Assembly (NCBI GenBank): GCA_963728915.1
Contig: CAVSLV010000001.1
Coordinates: 1,248,001 to 1,312,000, forward strand
Origin: an uncultured Gemmatimonadales bacterium
GTDB lineage: Bacteria; Gemmatimonadota; Gemmatimonadetes; Gemmatimonadales; GWC2-71-9
Reading direction: 5' to 3'
DNA length: 64,000 nt
The notes beneath the pieces are model-generated. The model was not told the DNA's origin. It ran no database searches and saw only the letters and a list, made by a program, of their open reading frames with translations. The stretch's first letter is position 1; each line of letters opens with the position of its first letter. The translations under genes were made by a program, and so were the position numbers. Positions 40,745-49,730 of this stretch are shown here, in pieces.

Positions 40745-41005
40745 GTGAGAGGTGAGAGGTGGAGACGCCTCATTGGCGAGCTCAGCCGGTAGGAGGTTCT
40801 CTTCAATCCCCAGCGCGAGTAGGTCAGCGGTTTCAACCGTGGATTCGCAGGCCACGGCTCGAATACCGCGGAGGCATGTGGCACCAGTGAGATCGAAGCG
40901 AATGTGAGGGAAAACTGCCCGTCCGCAGGCAGGAAGCAGTACCCGAGATATTGAATGCCGGGCCAGAATAACCCTGATCAGGGTTCCCCCTCTCACCTCT
41001 TACCT
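40743..41005. repeat. 263-bp element bounded by 17-bp inverted heptamer repeats
   Basis: AGGTGAGAGGTGAGAGG (40743-40759) and CCTCTCACCTCTTACCT (40989-41005), 16/17 complementary. Confidence 0.8.
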
Positions 41006-41012
41006 TTCGTGC

Positions 41013-42257
41013 ATGCGCTTCACAGAGGCAATCCTTCTCGCGCTGGAGACCATCCGGACCAGCAAGCTGCGCTCGTTCTTCACCCTGCTCGGCATCATCG
41101 TTTCGGTCGGGTTCCTGGTCGCGGTGGTCGCGATCATCCAGGGAATGAACTCCTACGTCCGCGACAATCTCCGCAGCAGCATGATCGGGACGAATACCTT
41201 CCAGGTCCGCCGGACTCCGCTGGTGATCGGGTTCCTCGATGATTCGATGGTCCGGGAGATCGCCAAGCGCCCCCGGATCACCCGGGAAGACGCCGAGCGG
41301 GTCCGCGCGGCCTTCCCCGACGCCGAAGCGGTCTCGCTGCAATCGGGATGGCCCGCTCCCATCGCGGACATCAATGCCAACGGCCGCACCCTGGGGAGCG
41401 TCACCGTGTTCGGGGTCACGCCCGAGTATCAGGTAGTTCAGGATTACCGCTTCGTCGAGGGCGAGGCCCTGACCGGGGCCGACGTCGCCGAGCGCCGCGC
41501 GGTCGCGGCGGTGGGCAGTGAAGTGGCCGAGAAGCTGTTCGACTACCCCGCGTACGCGCTGAACAAGACGCTTCGGATCGGTGGCCGCGAGGTGACCATC
41601 AAGGGCGTTATCGCGCCGAAGGGCCGGGTGCTGGGTCAATCGTTCGATGGGTTCGTGCTGATGCCGATCACCACGTTCGAATCCCTCTACGGACGCCGGC
41701 TCACGACCACCATCTCCATCAAGCTCCGCCCGGGTCAGTCGTTCCCCGAAGCGATGGGCAGGGCCGAGGAGGCGATGCGACTGGCGCACCAGCTCCATCC
41801 GGACGAGCCCGACGATTTTTCCCTGGACAAGGCCGACGCGCTGGTGGCTTTCTGGACCAGCCTCACCCAGGTCCTCTTCACTCTGATTCCCGCCGTGGTC
41901 GGCATCGGAATCGTGGTCGGTGGCATCGTGATCATGAACATCATGCTGATGTCGGTGAACGAGCGAACCCGGGAGATCGGGATCCGCAAATCCCTGGGCG
42001 CCAGGAATCGGGATATCCGCCGCCAGGTCCTGGTAGAAGCCATCATGCTCTCCTCGCTGGGCGGATTGCTGGGGATCCTGGGCGGAAGCCTGCTGGCCTT
42101 CCTGATCAGCAGCATCAGTCCGCTTCCGGCGCGCGTTACGGCCTGGTCGGTGGGGGTTGCTCTCGTCCTGGGCGCCGGCACCGGGATTCTTTTCGGAGTG
42201 TACCCGGCCACCCGCGCGGCCCGGCTCGACCCGATCGTCGCGTTGCGTCAGGAGTAG
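41013..42257 (+). CDS. MacB-type ABC permease (A')
   Basis: KLRSFFTLLGI, GGIVIMNIML, ERTREIGIRKSLGA. Confidence 0.93.
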   Translation: MRFTEAILLALETIRTSKLRSFFTLLGIIVSVGFLVAVVAIIQGMNSYVRDNLRSSMIGTNTFQVRRTPLVIGFLDDSMVREIAKRPRITREDAERVRAAFPDAEAVSLQSGWPAPIADINANGRTLGSVTVFGVTPEYQVVQDYRFVEGEALTGADVAERRAVAAVGSEVAEKLFDYPAYALNKTLRIGGREVTIKGVIAPKGRVLGQSFDGFVLMPITTFESLYGRRLTTTISIKLRPGQSFPEAMGRAEEAMRLAHQLHPDEPDDFSLDKADALVAFWTSLTQVLFTLIPAVVGIGIVVGGIVIMNIMLMSVNERTREIGIRKSLGARNRDIRRQVLVEAIMLSSLGGLLGILGGSLLAFLISSISPLPARVTAWSVGVALVLGAGTGILFGVYPATRAARLDPIVALRQE

Positions 42258-42259
42258 CG

Positions 42260-43492
42260 GTGAGCGCCATCGGCGAGGGACTGGCGGTGGCGGCGGCCAA
42301 CCTGCGCGCCAACAAGCTCCGCTCCTTTCTGACCATCCTCGGCGTGGTCATCGGGGTCGCGACCGTGATGATCATGGCGTCGCTGGTCGACGGGGTCCGC
42401 ACTCAGGTCTTCAACGCCCTGAATGCCGCGACCCCCAACGCGTTCTACGTGATGCGGTTCTTCTCCCAGACGCCGCTCAACCCGCAGAATCTTCCCTACG
42501 AGGTGCGCATCCGCCCGGTGGTGGACGAGGAGGACGCCGCCGCGATTCGCCGGGCCGACGACATCCGGCACGCCGGGTTATGGCTCCAGTCCATGGTCCG
42601 GATCGAATACCGGGACCAGCGCTCCCAGAATGTGTGGGTCCTGGGCGCCGACGACGCCTACATGGAGATCAAGGGCGGCACCGTGGCGCAGGGCCGCTTC
42701 TTCACCGAGGCGGAGCTCCACGGGGCCGAGGTCGCGGTGCTCGAGCAGGAGATGGCCCGGCGGCTGTTCGGGCAGACCAATCCCATCGGGGAGACCGTGA
42801 AGATCGGGGGGCGCCCCTTCCGGGTGGTGGGGATCTGGCAGCAACCCGACAACGTATTCCAGCCGCCCGGGTTCACCATCGGCGCCATCGTGCCCTATGA
42901 GGTCGCCAAGCACTCGTTCCGGTACAGCGACACCAACGACCTGTTCATCGTCGTGGTGGGCCGTTCCGGGATCCCGGTGACCGAAGCCGAGGATCAGGCC
43001 ACGGTGGCGCTCCGCCGGGAACGCGGGCTCCGCCCAGGAATGCCCAACACCTTCGACTTCATCACCCAGGACCAGATCCTCGACACCATGAACTCGCTCA
43101 CCTCGATGTTCTTCCTGGTGATGACCGCGGTGTCGAGCGTCGCCCTCCTGGTGGGCGGGATCGGAGTCATGGCGATCATGATGGTCTCGGTGACCGACCG
43201 CACCCGCGAGATCGGGCTCCGGATGGCCTGCGGGGCAAGGCGGCGGGAGATCCTCTGGCAGTTTCTGGTGGAAGCGGCCTCCCTGACTCTTCTCGGCGGG
43301 CTCCTCGGCATCCTGATCGGGCTCAGCTCGGGCCAGCTGCTCAAGCGGCTGCTGAACATGGTCTCGGGGGTCCCGATCTGGAGCGCCGTCCTTGCGACCC
43401 TGGTGTCGATCGGGATTGGGCTCGCGTTCGGGCTACTGCCGGCGAATCGGGCGGCTCGAATGGACCCCGTGGAAGCGCTGAGACATGAGTAG
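42260..43492 (+). CDS. MacB-type ABC permease (B')
   Basis: NKLRSFLTILGV, GGIGVMAIMM, DRTREIGLR. Confidence 0.93.
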   Translation: MSAIGEGLAVAAANLRANKLRSFLTILGVVIGVATVMIMASLVDGVRTQVFNALNAATPNAFYVMRFFSQTPLNPQNLPYEVRIRPVVDEEDAAAIRRADDIRHAGLWLQSMVRIEYRDQRSQNVWVLGADDAYMEIKGGTVAQGRFFTEAELHGAEVAVLEQEMARRLFGQTNPIGETVKIGGRPFRVVGIWQQPDNVFQPPGFTIGAIVPYEVAKHSFRYSDTNDLFIVVVGRSGIPVTEAEDQATVALRRERGLRPGMPNTFDFITQDQILDTMNSLTSMFFLVMTAVSSVALLVGGIGVMAIMMVSVTDRTREIGLRMACGARRREILWQFLVEAASLTLLGGLLGILIGLSSGQLLKRLLNMVSGVPIWSAVLATLVSIGIGLAFGLLPANRAARMDPVEALRHE

Positions 43493-43493
43493 A

Positions 43494-43555
43494 GGCGGAC
43501 CGGCGGACCGGCGGACTGGGCGCCGAGCTCTAGCTGCCTGTCCGCCCGTCCGTCT
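43494..43555. repeat. Tandem 8-mer (GGCGGACN)x3 with inverted copies forming a hairpin between convergent genes
   Basis: GGCGGACC GGCGGACC GGCGGACT (43494-43517) and TGTCCGCC CGTCCGTC (43539-43554). Confidence 0.7.
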
Positions 43556-44447
43556 TTTCCAGCACCAGCCGGAAGTGGTCCATGAGATCGCGCTTGAAAC
43601 ACTCGCTGTTCGCGTTGCCGCTGTGCCCCACCGCGTGGCGGAAGTTCCGGTCCAGCAGGTATTTCGGCGCGAGGCTGAGCCGGAGCAGCGTCTTGGTGGG
43701 AGTCCGTTCGCGGATTCGCGCGGTCCACTGCCTGATGGTTTCGATGTAATCCCGCTTGCCACTCGACTGCGAGATCACCCGGAAATGGGGAGCCGACGTT
43801 GCCAGCAGCTGCTCGATGCCATAGGGCAGCCAGGAGCCGGGAAACTGCTTCTGCATCCGCGCCAGCATGAACGCATCGGAGTCGCGCGGGGCGTTGATGT
43901 CCAGCTGCTCGTACGGCAGCATCCGGGGCCCGAACACCATGGTCTGGAGGTAGAACCGCCGGCCGGCCGGGAGAAGGTCGGCGACGGTCCGGAAGAACTC
44001 GCGATAGATCCCCTCCTGGCGGCCCGCGAGATAGTCTTCCGGGGTGCAGAAATGCTCGAACGCGCCGAGACTCACCACCCCATTGAACGAGCCGAACGTG
44101 TCGGGCCGGACGGTACGACAGTCCATCAGATGGACATCGAGTCCGTTCTTCCGCCCGGCCTTCATCTGGCCCTCGGAGAGAGTCACGCCGAGACCGGTGA
44201 CATTCCGGCTCCGGAAATAGTTGAGCATCGGGCCCCAGCCGCATCCCATGTCGAGGACCCGCTGGCCGGGCCGGAGCTGCAGGCTTTCGAAGATGAAATC
44301 GTGCTTGCGGCGCTGGGCCTGTTCGAGCGTGAGAGAGAAGTCGCCGTCATACTTCGCCCCGGAGAAATCGGCCATCTCCCCCAGGCTGGCCCGGAAGAGA
44401 CGATCGATGGTGCTGTAGACGAAATCCATGTCTGCGCGAGTGGCCAT
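43530..44447 (-). CDS. Cyclopropane-fatty-acyl synthase-like class I SAM methyltransferase
   Basis: LEQAQRRK, VLDMGCGWG, GVTLSEGQ, SLGAFEH, FPG. Confidence 0.88.
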   Translation of the reverse strand: MATRADMDFVYSTIDRLFRASLGEMADFSGAKYDGDFSLTLEQAQRRKHDFIFESLQLRPGQRVLDMGCGWGPMLNYFRSRNVTGLGVTLSEGQMKAGRKNGLDVHLMDCRTVRPDTFGSFNGVVSLGAFEHFCTPEDYLAGRQEGIYREFFRTVADLLPAGRRFYLQTMVFGPRMLPYEQLDINAPRDSDAFMLARMQKQFPGSWLPYGIEQLLATSAPHFRVISQSSGKRDYIETIRQWTARIRERTPTKTLLRLSLAPKYLLDRNFRHAVGHSGNANSECFKRDLMDHFRLVLEKTDGRTGS

Positions 44448-44493
44448 AGTACCTGTCGTTGGTCTGCTGGTCGATTCGGATATCCCGGTGCGG

Positions 44494-45210
44494 CTACATC
44501 GACTGAACGCCCAGCTTCACCACGTCTTCCACCAGCACCGTTTCATGGGTGAAGTAGGGCTCCGCGTACCGGGTCCGGATCAGCGACCCATAGTATGCAT
44601 TCTGGGTTTCGATCCGGCTATAGAGGTCCTGCCCGGTGGGAAAGATTTCTCCCGCGCTTTGCGCCCCGTCGAACTGGCTCGCGTAGCACCTGATCGCCGC
44701 GAGCTTGCGGTCGAATTGCGCGCTGATATCCACGAGGAAGCTCGGCTTGATGGGATCCTCTCGATAGGACAACGCGTAGAGGATCTTGAAGGGCCGGTGG
44801 GGAGTTCCGCCAGCGTCGTATTTGGTGAGGCCGGCCAGGTAACACGCATCCCGGCCCAGCTCGGACGCGATGCGGTGGTCGGGATGCCGGCCGACCGGAA
44901 ACGGGAGGACGACGACGCGGGGCGCGAAGTGGCGGATGGCCTCGACCACCACCCGGCGGCTCCGGTCGTCGTTGACCACGTGCGCGTCTGGTAACCCGGC
45001 GTTCCGTCGTTCGGTCAGGCCCAGGATCTTGACCGCCGCCTCAGCCTCCCGGGCCCGCAGATCGGCATCCCCCAGGGTTCCGGTCTCCCCAGCGGTCAGG
45101 TCGAGTATGCCGGTCCGATAGCCCTGGTCCACCGCCTTGAGGAGCAGGCCGGCGCAGGTGAGCTCGACGTCATCCCGGTGAGCGGCGAGGGCGAGGAGGT
45201 CGACGGGCAT
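44494..45210 (-). CDS. bshB1: Bacillithiol biosynthesis deacetylase (PIG-L family)
   Basis: AH.DDVEL..AG, DLTAGETGT.G, RHPDH, CYASQF, YAEP. Confidence 0.85.
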   Translation of the reverse strand: MPVDLLALAAHRDDVELTCAGLLLKAVDQGYRTGILDLTAGETGTLGDADLRAREAEAAVKILGLTERRNAGLPDAHVVNDDRSRRVVVEAIRHFAPRVVVLPFPVGRHPDHRIASELGRDACYLAGLTKYDAGGTPHRPFKILYALSYREDPIKPSFLVDISAQFDRKLAAIRCYASQFDGAQSAGEIFPTGQDLYSRIETQNAYYGSLIRTRYAEPYFTHETVLVEDVVKLGVQSM

Positions 45211-45261
45211 TGGTGAATGATAGCCCGTGCCCTTCGGGCCCACACCTCTCCCGAGCGTTTC

Positions 45262-47151
45262 TTATGGCGCCGTACAGGACCCGGCTGCCCCGGTCACCAC
45301 GACCGATCCCGTCGCCGTCTTCGTCACTCCACCAGCGGTAACCGAGGCGCTCACATTGTAAGTGCCAAACGCGTTGATTCCCTGACGGTCCAGGAAATTC
45401 CCCTGAGAATCCAGGTTTCCCGTCCGGGTCGTCGTCCCCGCGAATGCGCCCCCGGACGTGGTCCAGGTGATCGTGTACGGGGCGCCGGCAACCACGATTC
45501 CCTGCGAGGTGGCGTGTCCCGAGGTACAGACGAAGGAGAGCCCGCCACCGAAGGCGATGTGGGCCCATCCGGTGGAATTCAGGGCGAACGTGAAGTCTCC
45601 GGGTGAGGAAGGCTGCCAGTTGACGGTGCTGAGGAAAAGCTTGGAAGTGGAGTTGGGATTCGGGGCACCGGTAGCGTCGGTTGCATAGTCCGCCGCATAG
45701 ACAAAGAAGCAGTAGCGCTCTGTGACCGGGCTCCCTCCGGCCAGGGCGGGACTGTAGCCGGTGAAGCCGGTCGAGAACGACCCACCGGGTCCAAGCAAAT
45801 ACGAGCTCCAGGTGTCCTGGCTGACATTCCCAGGACCGGTGCCCACGGTGAACCGGTGGGCCTGATCGGCTACGCAGGTTCCGTCCGGATTCCCCCGGTA
45901 CAGGGCACCGTTGGCGGTGAGCGGGAATTCATCCGTTACGGTGCCGGAGTAGTTGAACGCTTCAGAAGGATTCGGCGAGCTCCAGTTCCCCGCAACACTC
46001 GATTGTAGCGTGATGTTCGGCGGGGTGCGAGCCAGATCGAATCCGAAGGTGCCGGACCCGGTGTTCCCGGCGAAGTCCTTCCCGCTGAGGTTCAGTACCA
46101 GCGGCCCATCCGCGATCCCGGTGAGACTCACGGTGTACCGGTTCCCGTTCCGGGTGAACGGAAGCGGATTCTGACCCAGGAGAACCTGGATCGAACTCGG
46201 GTCAACCCCGGTCGGCGTCGCAGCGTTGCTTCCCTGCGGGTCGTTTGCATCGAACGCCGCACTGGAAATATTGAAAGGTCCGGAGAGCGTGCTGAGAGGG
46301 GCGACATTGATGAATTCAACGGGCGTGTTGTCCACCGGAGCTGGCGGAATCCACATCAGCGTGGTGGACGATAGCAGGGTGGTCGTGTTGGGATTCGGCT
46401 GGAGGTTAGCGCCCTTGGCGGCATCAGAGGCCGTGATCACAAGGCAGTGCTTCTCCGTGACCGAGCTCGCCCCGGCGGGGGTGTTCTCCGAGTATTGAAT
46501 CTGGTAGCTGCCGTTCGAGGCGGACAGATTGGACCAGGAGCTCTGACTGACCTGCCCGGTGCTCGATCCGACTGAAAATGGGGTGGCTCCAACGCCCCCA
46601 CAGCTCCCATCGTTGCCGGGGTGTTGCAGTGCCGCATTGACGTTCAAGAGGTGGGCGTCGGCCACCGTCCACGAGTAGTTGAGAGTGGCGGAAAGACCGG
46701 TGAGCTGGGTGACGGTGGGACTGGAGGTAATGACGATATTCGGGCTGGTGCGGTCCAGGTCCATGCTGTTGATGTGCTGGGTCCCGAGATTCCCCTGGTG
46801 GTCTTTCACGCTGACATCGAGATTGAAACCGCCGTCGGCGCTGGTTCCGAAGTCGACGAGCGCCTGATCATTGGCGACGGTGTAGGTCAACGGCATGCCT
46901 CCCCGGAGCACCCGGAACGTGCTCCAGTCCACCTCGGTGGGTGGCGCACCGTTTTCTCCGATCAGGTCTCTCGCCTGAATGGTGACCCCCCCGAGGTTGA
47001 AGACTCCTCCCGGCGTGTTGACCGGCGAAAGCAGAAGAATCTCCGGCGCCGTCACGTCCAGCAATGCGTTCCCGGTCGAGAAGAAATCCGACTCCTTGAG
47101 CCAGCACCCCGCCAGGGGCAGGGCCAGGATCACCAGGATCTTGCGTGTCAT
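45262..47151 (-). CDS. Lipoprotein with two tandem ~242-aa beta-rich (Ig-like) repeats
   Basis: MTRK-hydrophobic-LAGC lipobox; Ser/Thr/Gly/Asn-rich; visible internal duplication. Confidence 0.8.
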   Translation of the reverse strand: MTRKILVILALPLAGCWLKESDFFSTGNALLDVTAPEILLLSPVNTPGGVFNLGGVTIQARDLIGENGAPPTEVDWSTFRVLRGGMPLTYTVANDQALVDFGTSADGGFNLDVSVKDHQGNLGTQHINSMDLDRTSPNIVITSSPTVTQLTGLSATLNYSWTVADAHLLNVNAALQHPGNDGSCGGVGATPFSVGSSTGQVSQSSWSNLSASNGSYQIQYSENTPAGASSVTEKHCLVITASDAAKGANLQPNPNTTTLLSSTTLMWIPPAPVDNTPVEFINVAPLSTLSGPFNISSAAFDANDPQGSNAATPTGVDPSSIQVLLGQNPLPFTRNGNRYTVSLTGIADGPLVLNLSGKDFAGNTGSGTFGFDLARTPPNITLQSSVAGNWSSPNPSEAFNYSGTVTDEFPLTANGALYRGNPDGTCVADQAHRFTVGTGPGNVSQDTWSSYLLGPGGSFSTGFTGYSPALAGGSPVTERYCFFVYAADYATDATGAPNPNSTSKLFLSTVNWQPSSPGDFTFALNSTGWAHIAFGGGLSFVCTSGHATSQGIVVAGAPYTITWTTSGGAFAGTTTRTGNLDSQGNFLDRQGINAFGTYNVSASVTAGGVTKTATGSVVVTGAAGSCTAP

Positions 47152-47166
47152 GGTCGCTCTCCTCGG

Positions 47167-48976
47167 CTAGAAGCCCCAGCCTAAATGGGCCGAGAACCCC
47201 AGGTGCTTGTCCGCGTCGTTCTTGGCGAAACCAGTAACCAAATATGATCCGACCCCTCCCCGGACCCGACCTGCCAGAGGAAACTCCACGGCCGCTGCGA
47301 AATTGGTCTTGAAGCCGCTCTGGGACCGGTTAGGAAGGCCCTGTTCGAACCGGCCATCGTACCAGTCCGCAATCTCATCATGGGCCCAGGTGACGCCGGC
47401 CCCGGCGAGGAGGTCGATCTTTCCGACCGGTTGGCGATACAGGAGCGTCGCGTCCAGGAAGAGGGCTTTCACCGTACCGGTGACCTCACCGTTCTGATAC
47501 ACCTGGCGGAAGGATTGCCTGCCGTAGCGGCCCTGCAAACGTCCGCAAATGTGACGGAGGATGACACTCTGGATGAAGGCACCGAACTGCAAGGGAGAGC
47601 TGTCCGCCGAGTGGTCGGTCACGCCCGGCTGGTCGGCCTGGACCGGGTCGAAGCTCGGAAAGTGGTTCATCGCCACCAGCACGCCGATGCGAATCCCGAG
47701 TCCTTCCATGGCCGTCCCCGCCGAGGACCCGATGGATGACGGACCCGAGGAACGGGTCCGACTGGGAACAGTCGCTGACCTCCATCCTTTTCGCGCGCTC
47801 CATGGCGTCGTCGAGCTCCTGCGCCTGTTTCTGCCAGCCGGGTGCCGCATCGCTCGCCTCCCGGAACGCCGAGCTGGTGGCGGTGGAATGGTCGCCTTTG
47901 GCAATTCGATCGGCCAACTCGATAATTCTGGCGGCCGCCTTGTCGTAGTTCCGGCGCGCCGCATTGCGGGCCGCCTCGAGCTGCCGCACGGTCTCTTCTT
48001 TCGCTGCCTCGGTGCAGAACAGGTCCGGCACCGCCGGAAACACGAAGGGATCGAAGAGGAGCGGCGGAATCGGCTCCGGAGCCGTCTGCGGGTGCTCCCC
48101 GCATTCGGAGACCGCCATGGCTCTGACCCGGGTCAGCGCCTGGTGGAAATCATCGAGCCGCCTGGTTTGGAGGTCGAGATTCTGTCGGGCAGTCGGCAGC
48201 ATGGCCTGCAACACGCTCGCATTGCCAAGCCTCCTGGAAAGGGCGTCCCTGATGGCATCCAGATATTCACGAGCATCCTGGTAGTTGAGATAGAAATCGA
48301 ATTCGATCGAATAGAACCGGTTGAGCGCCGCCTGCTTCTCCGCCTCGCTGCAGAAGCGGTCCGGTACCGGCGGGATCTCGACCGGCCGAACTCTGACGGG
48401 TGGAAGCTCCACCCCCGGGCCGGTCGGCGGTGGGGGCGGCGGAGGCTGGGGCGGTTGTGGTTCCCGAGCAGAGCGACAGGGCACCTCGGGGATCCGCTTC
48501 AACTCGTTGCGTTTGGTCTGGAGTGCATCTTGCGCCCGCTTGAACGCAGTCACCCAGGGCTGCCAGAAGGCACCCTCCTCGGGATTGGCTCCCGGGAATT
48601 TCGCTTCGACTGCCCGGCGAGCGTTCCCATCATTGGTGATGGCTTGGAGGAGCTGGTTACGCAAGTCTCGGTAGCGGTCCTGGTACGTCCTCAACGAAGC
48701 CAACCGCGCCGCAAGGAACCGCTCCTCCTGGGCCTTGTTGGGGCTGTCGGGTGGAAGGCAATACTTCGCTTCGAACACCACCAGATCCATCGAAGCAGCA
48801 ATCTCGTCAGCGCCAGCCTTGGTGTATGCGAGCCGCTCCAGCAGGTCCAGCGCGAGACCGCTTCCGGTGAGCGGCTCCTGAGCGAGTGCCTGGGATGGAA
48901 TCCACGAACCCAGCAGGAGTCCCACACCATAAGCCAGCCAGCAGCGCGATCCGCTGGGGCGCACCGGTTTCGACAT
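47167..48976 (-). pseudogene. Secreted protein with Cys-bracketed helical repeats and a C-terminal outer-membrane beta-barrel, split by a frameshift near 47710
   Basis: Signal peptide (..SQALAQ) and repeats in ORF 47486-49039; amphipathic strands ending HLGFSAHLGWGF in ORF 47167-47964; removing one base joins them into about 602 aa. Confidence 0.65.
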
Positions 48977-49010
48977 AGCGGCTCTCCGGATTAGTACCTC
49001 TCCTTCAGAA

Positions 49011-49038
49011 ACGCGAGAAAGCCCGGGAGATCCGGCCA
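49011..49038 (-). promoter_or_regulatory. Candidate ECF promoter for the divergent surface-protein operon
   Basis: TGGCCG-N17-CGCGT followed by AAGGAGAGG; no sigma70 -10 evident here. Confidence 0.35.
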
Positions 49039-49094
49039 CTGCGTTGCAGCCGGAAACGCTGAGGGGTATTCTATTGGCAGGCCACCTCCTCTAT

Positions 49095-49730
49095 ATGTCG
49101 GACAACCTTCCCCCCCCCGAAATCACCGGGCTGTTGCACCAGGCCGCCCAGGGCGATCCGAATGCGTTCGACCGGCTCCTCCCCCTGGTCTACGAGGAGC
49201 TGAGCCGGATCGCGAGCGCCAAGCTCCGCCTCGAGCGACCAGGCCATACCCTCAATACCACGGCGCTGGTCCACGAGGCGTATCTCAAGCTGGTGGACCA
49301 GACCCGGGCCCAGTGGAGGAATCGTCACCAGTTCTTCGCGGTGGCTTCCGAAGCAATGCGCCGGATCCTGATCGACTATGCCAAGCGCCGCAACGCCTCG
49401 AAGCGCGGCGGCGACGTTGCTCACGTGGCGTTGCATGAGGCCGAAGAAGTTGCCGCCGGCGAGGCCTTGCTGACCGAGGCCCAGGCAACCGAGCTGGTGG
49501 CACTCGATGAGGCGCTGATTCGTCTCGCCGTGTTCAACCCGCAAGGCGCACGGGTCGTCCAGTACCGCTTCTTCGGCGGACTTTCCAACGAAGAGGTCGC
49601 GGAAGTCCTGGGGACCTCGGACCGAACGGTGCGGCGCGCGTGGACCGTGGCAAAAGCATGGCTCCGCCGGGAGCTGACGCACGCGACGGGCGGGACCGGC
49701 ATGCTGCTGATCGACAGTCATGCAACCTGA
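49095..49730 (+). CDS. ECF sigma factor of the kinase-associated (TIGR02999-like) group
   Basis: EITGLL..A..GD, LVYEEL..IA, HTLNTTALVHEAYLKL, MRRILIDYA, W..AKAWL. Confidence 0.92.
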   Translation: MSDNLPPPEITGLLHQAAQGDPNAFDRLLPLVYEELSRIASAKLRLERPGHTLNTTALVHEAYLKLVDQTRAQWRNRHQFFAVASEAMRRILIDYAKRRNASKRGGDVAHVALHEAEEVAAGEALLTEAQATELVALDEALIRLAVFNPQGARVVQYRFFGGLSNEEVAEVLGTSDRTVRRAWTVAKAWLRRELTHATGGTGMLLIDSHAT

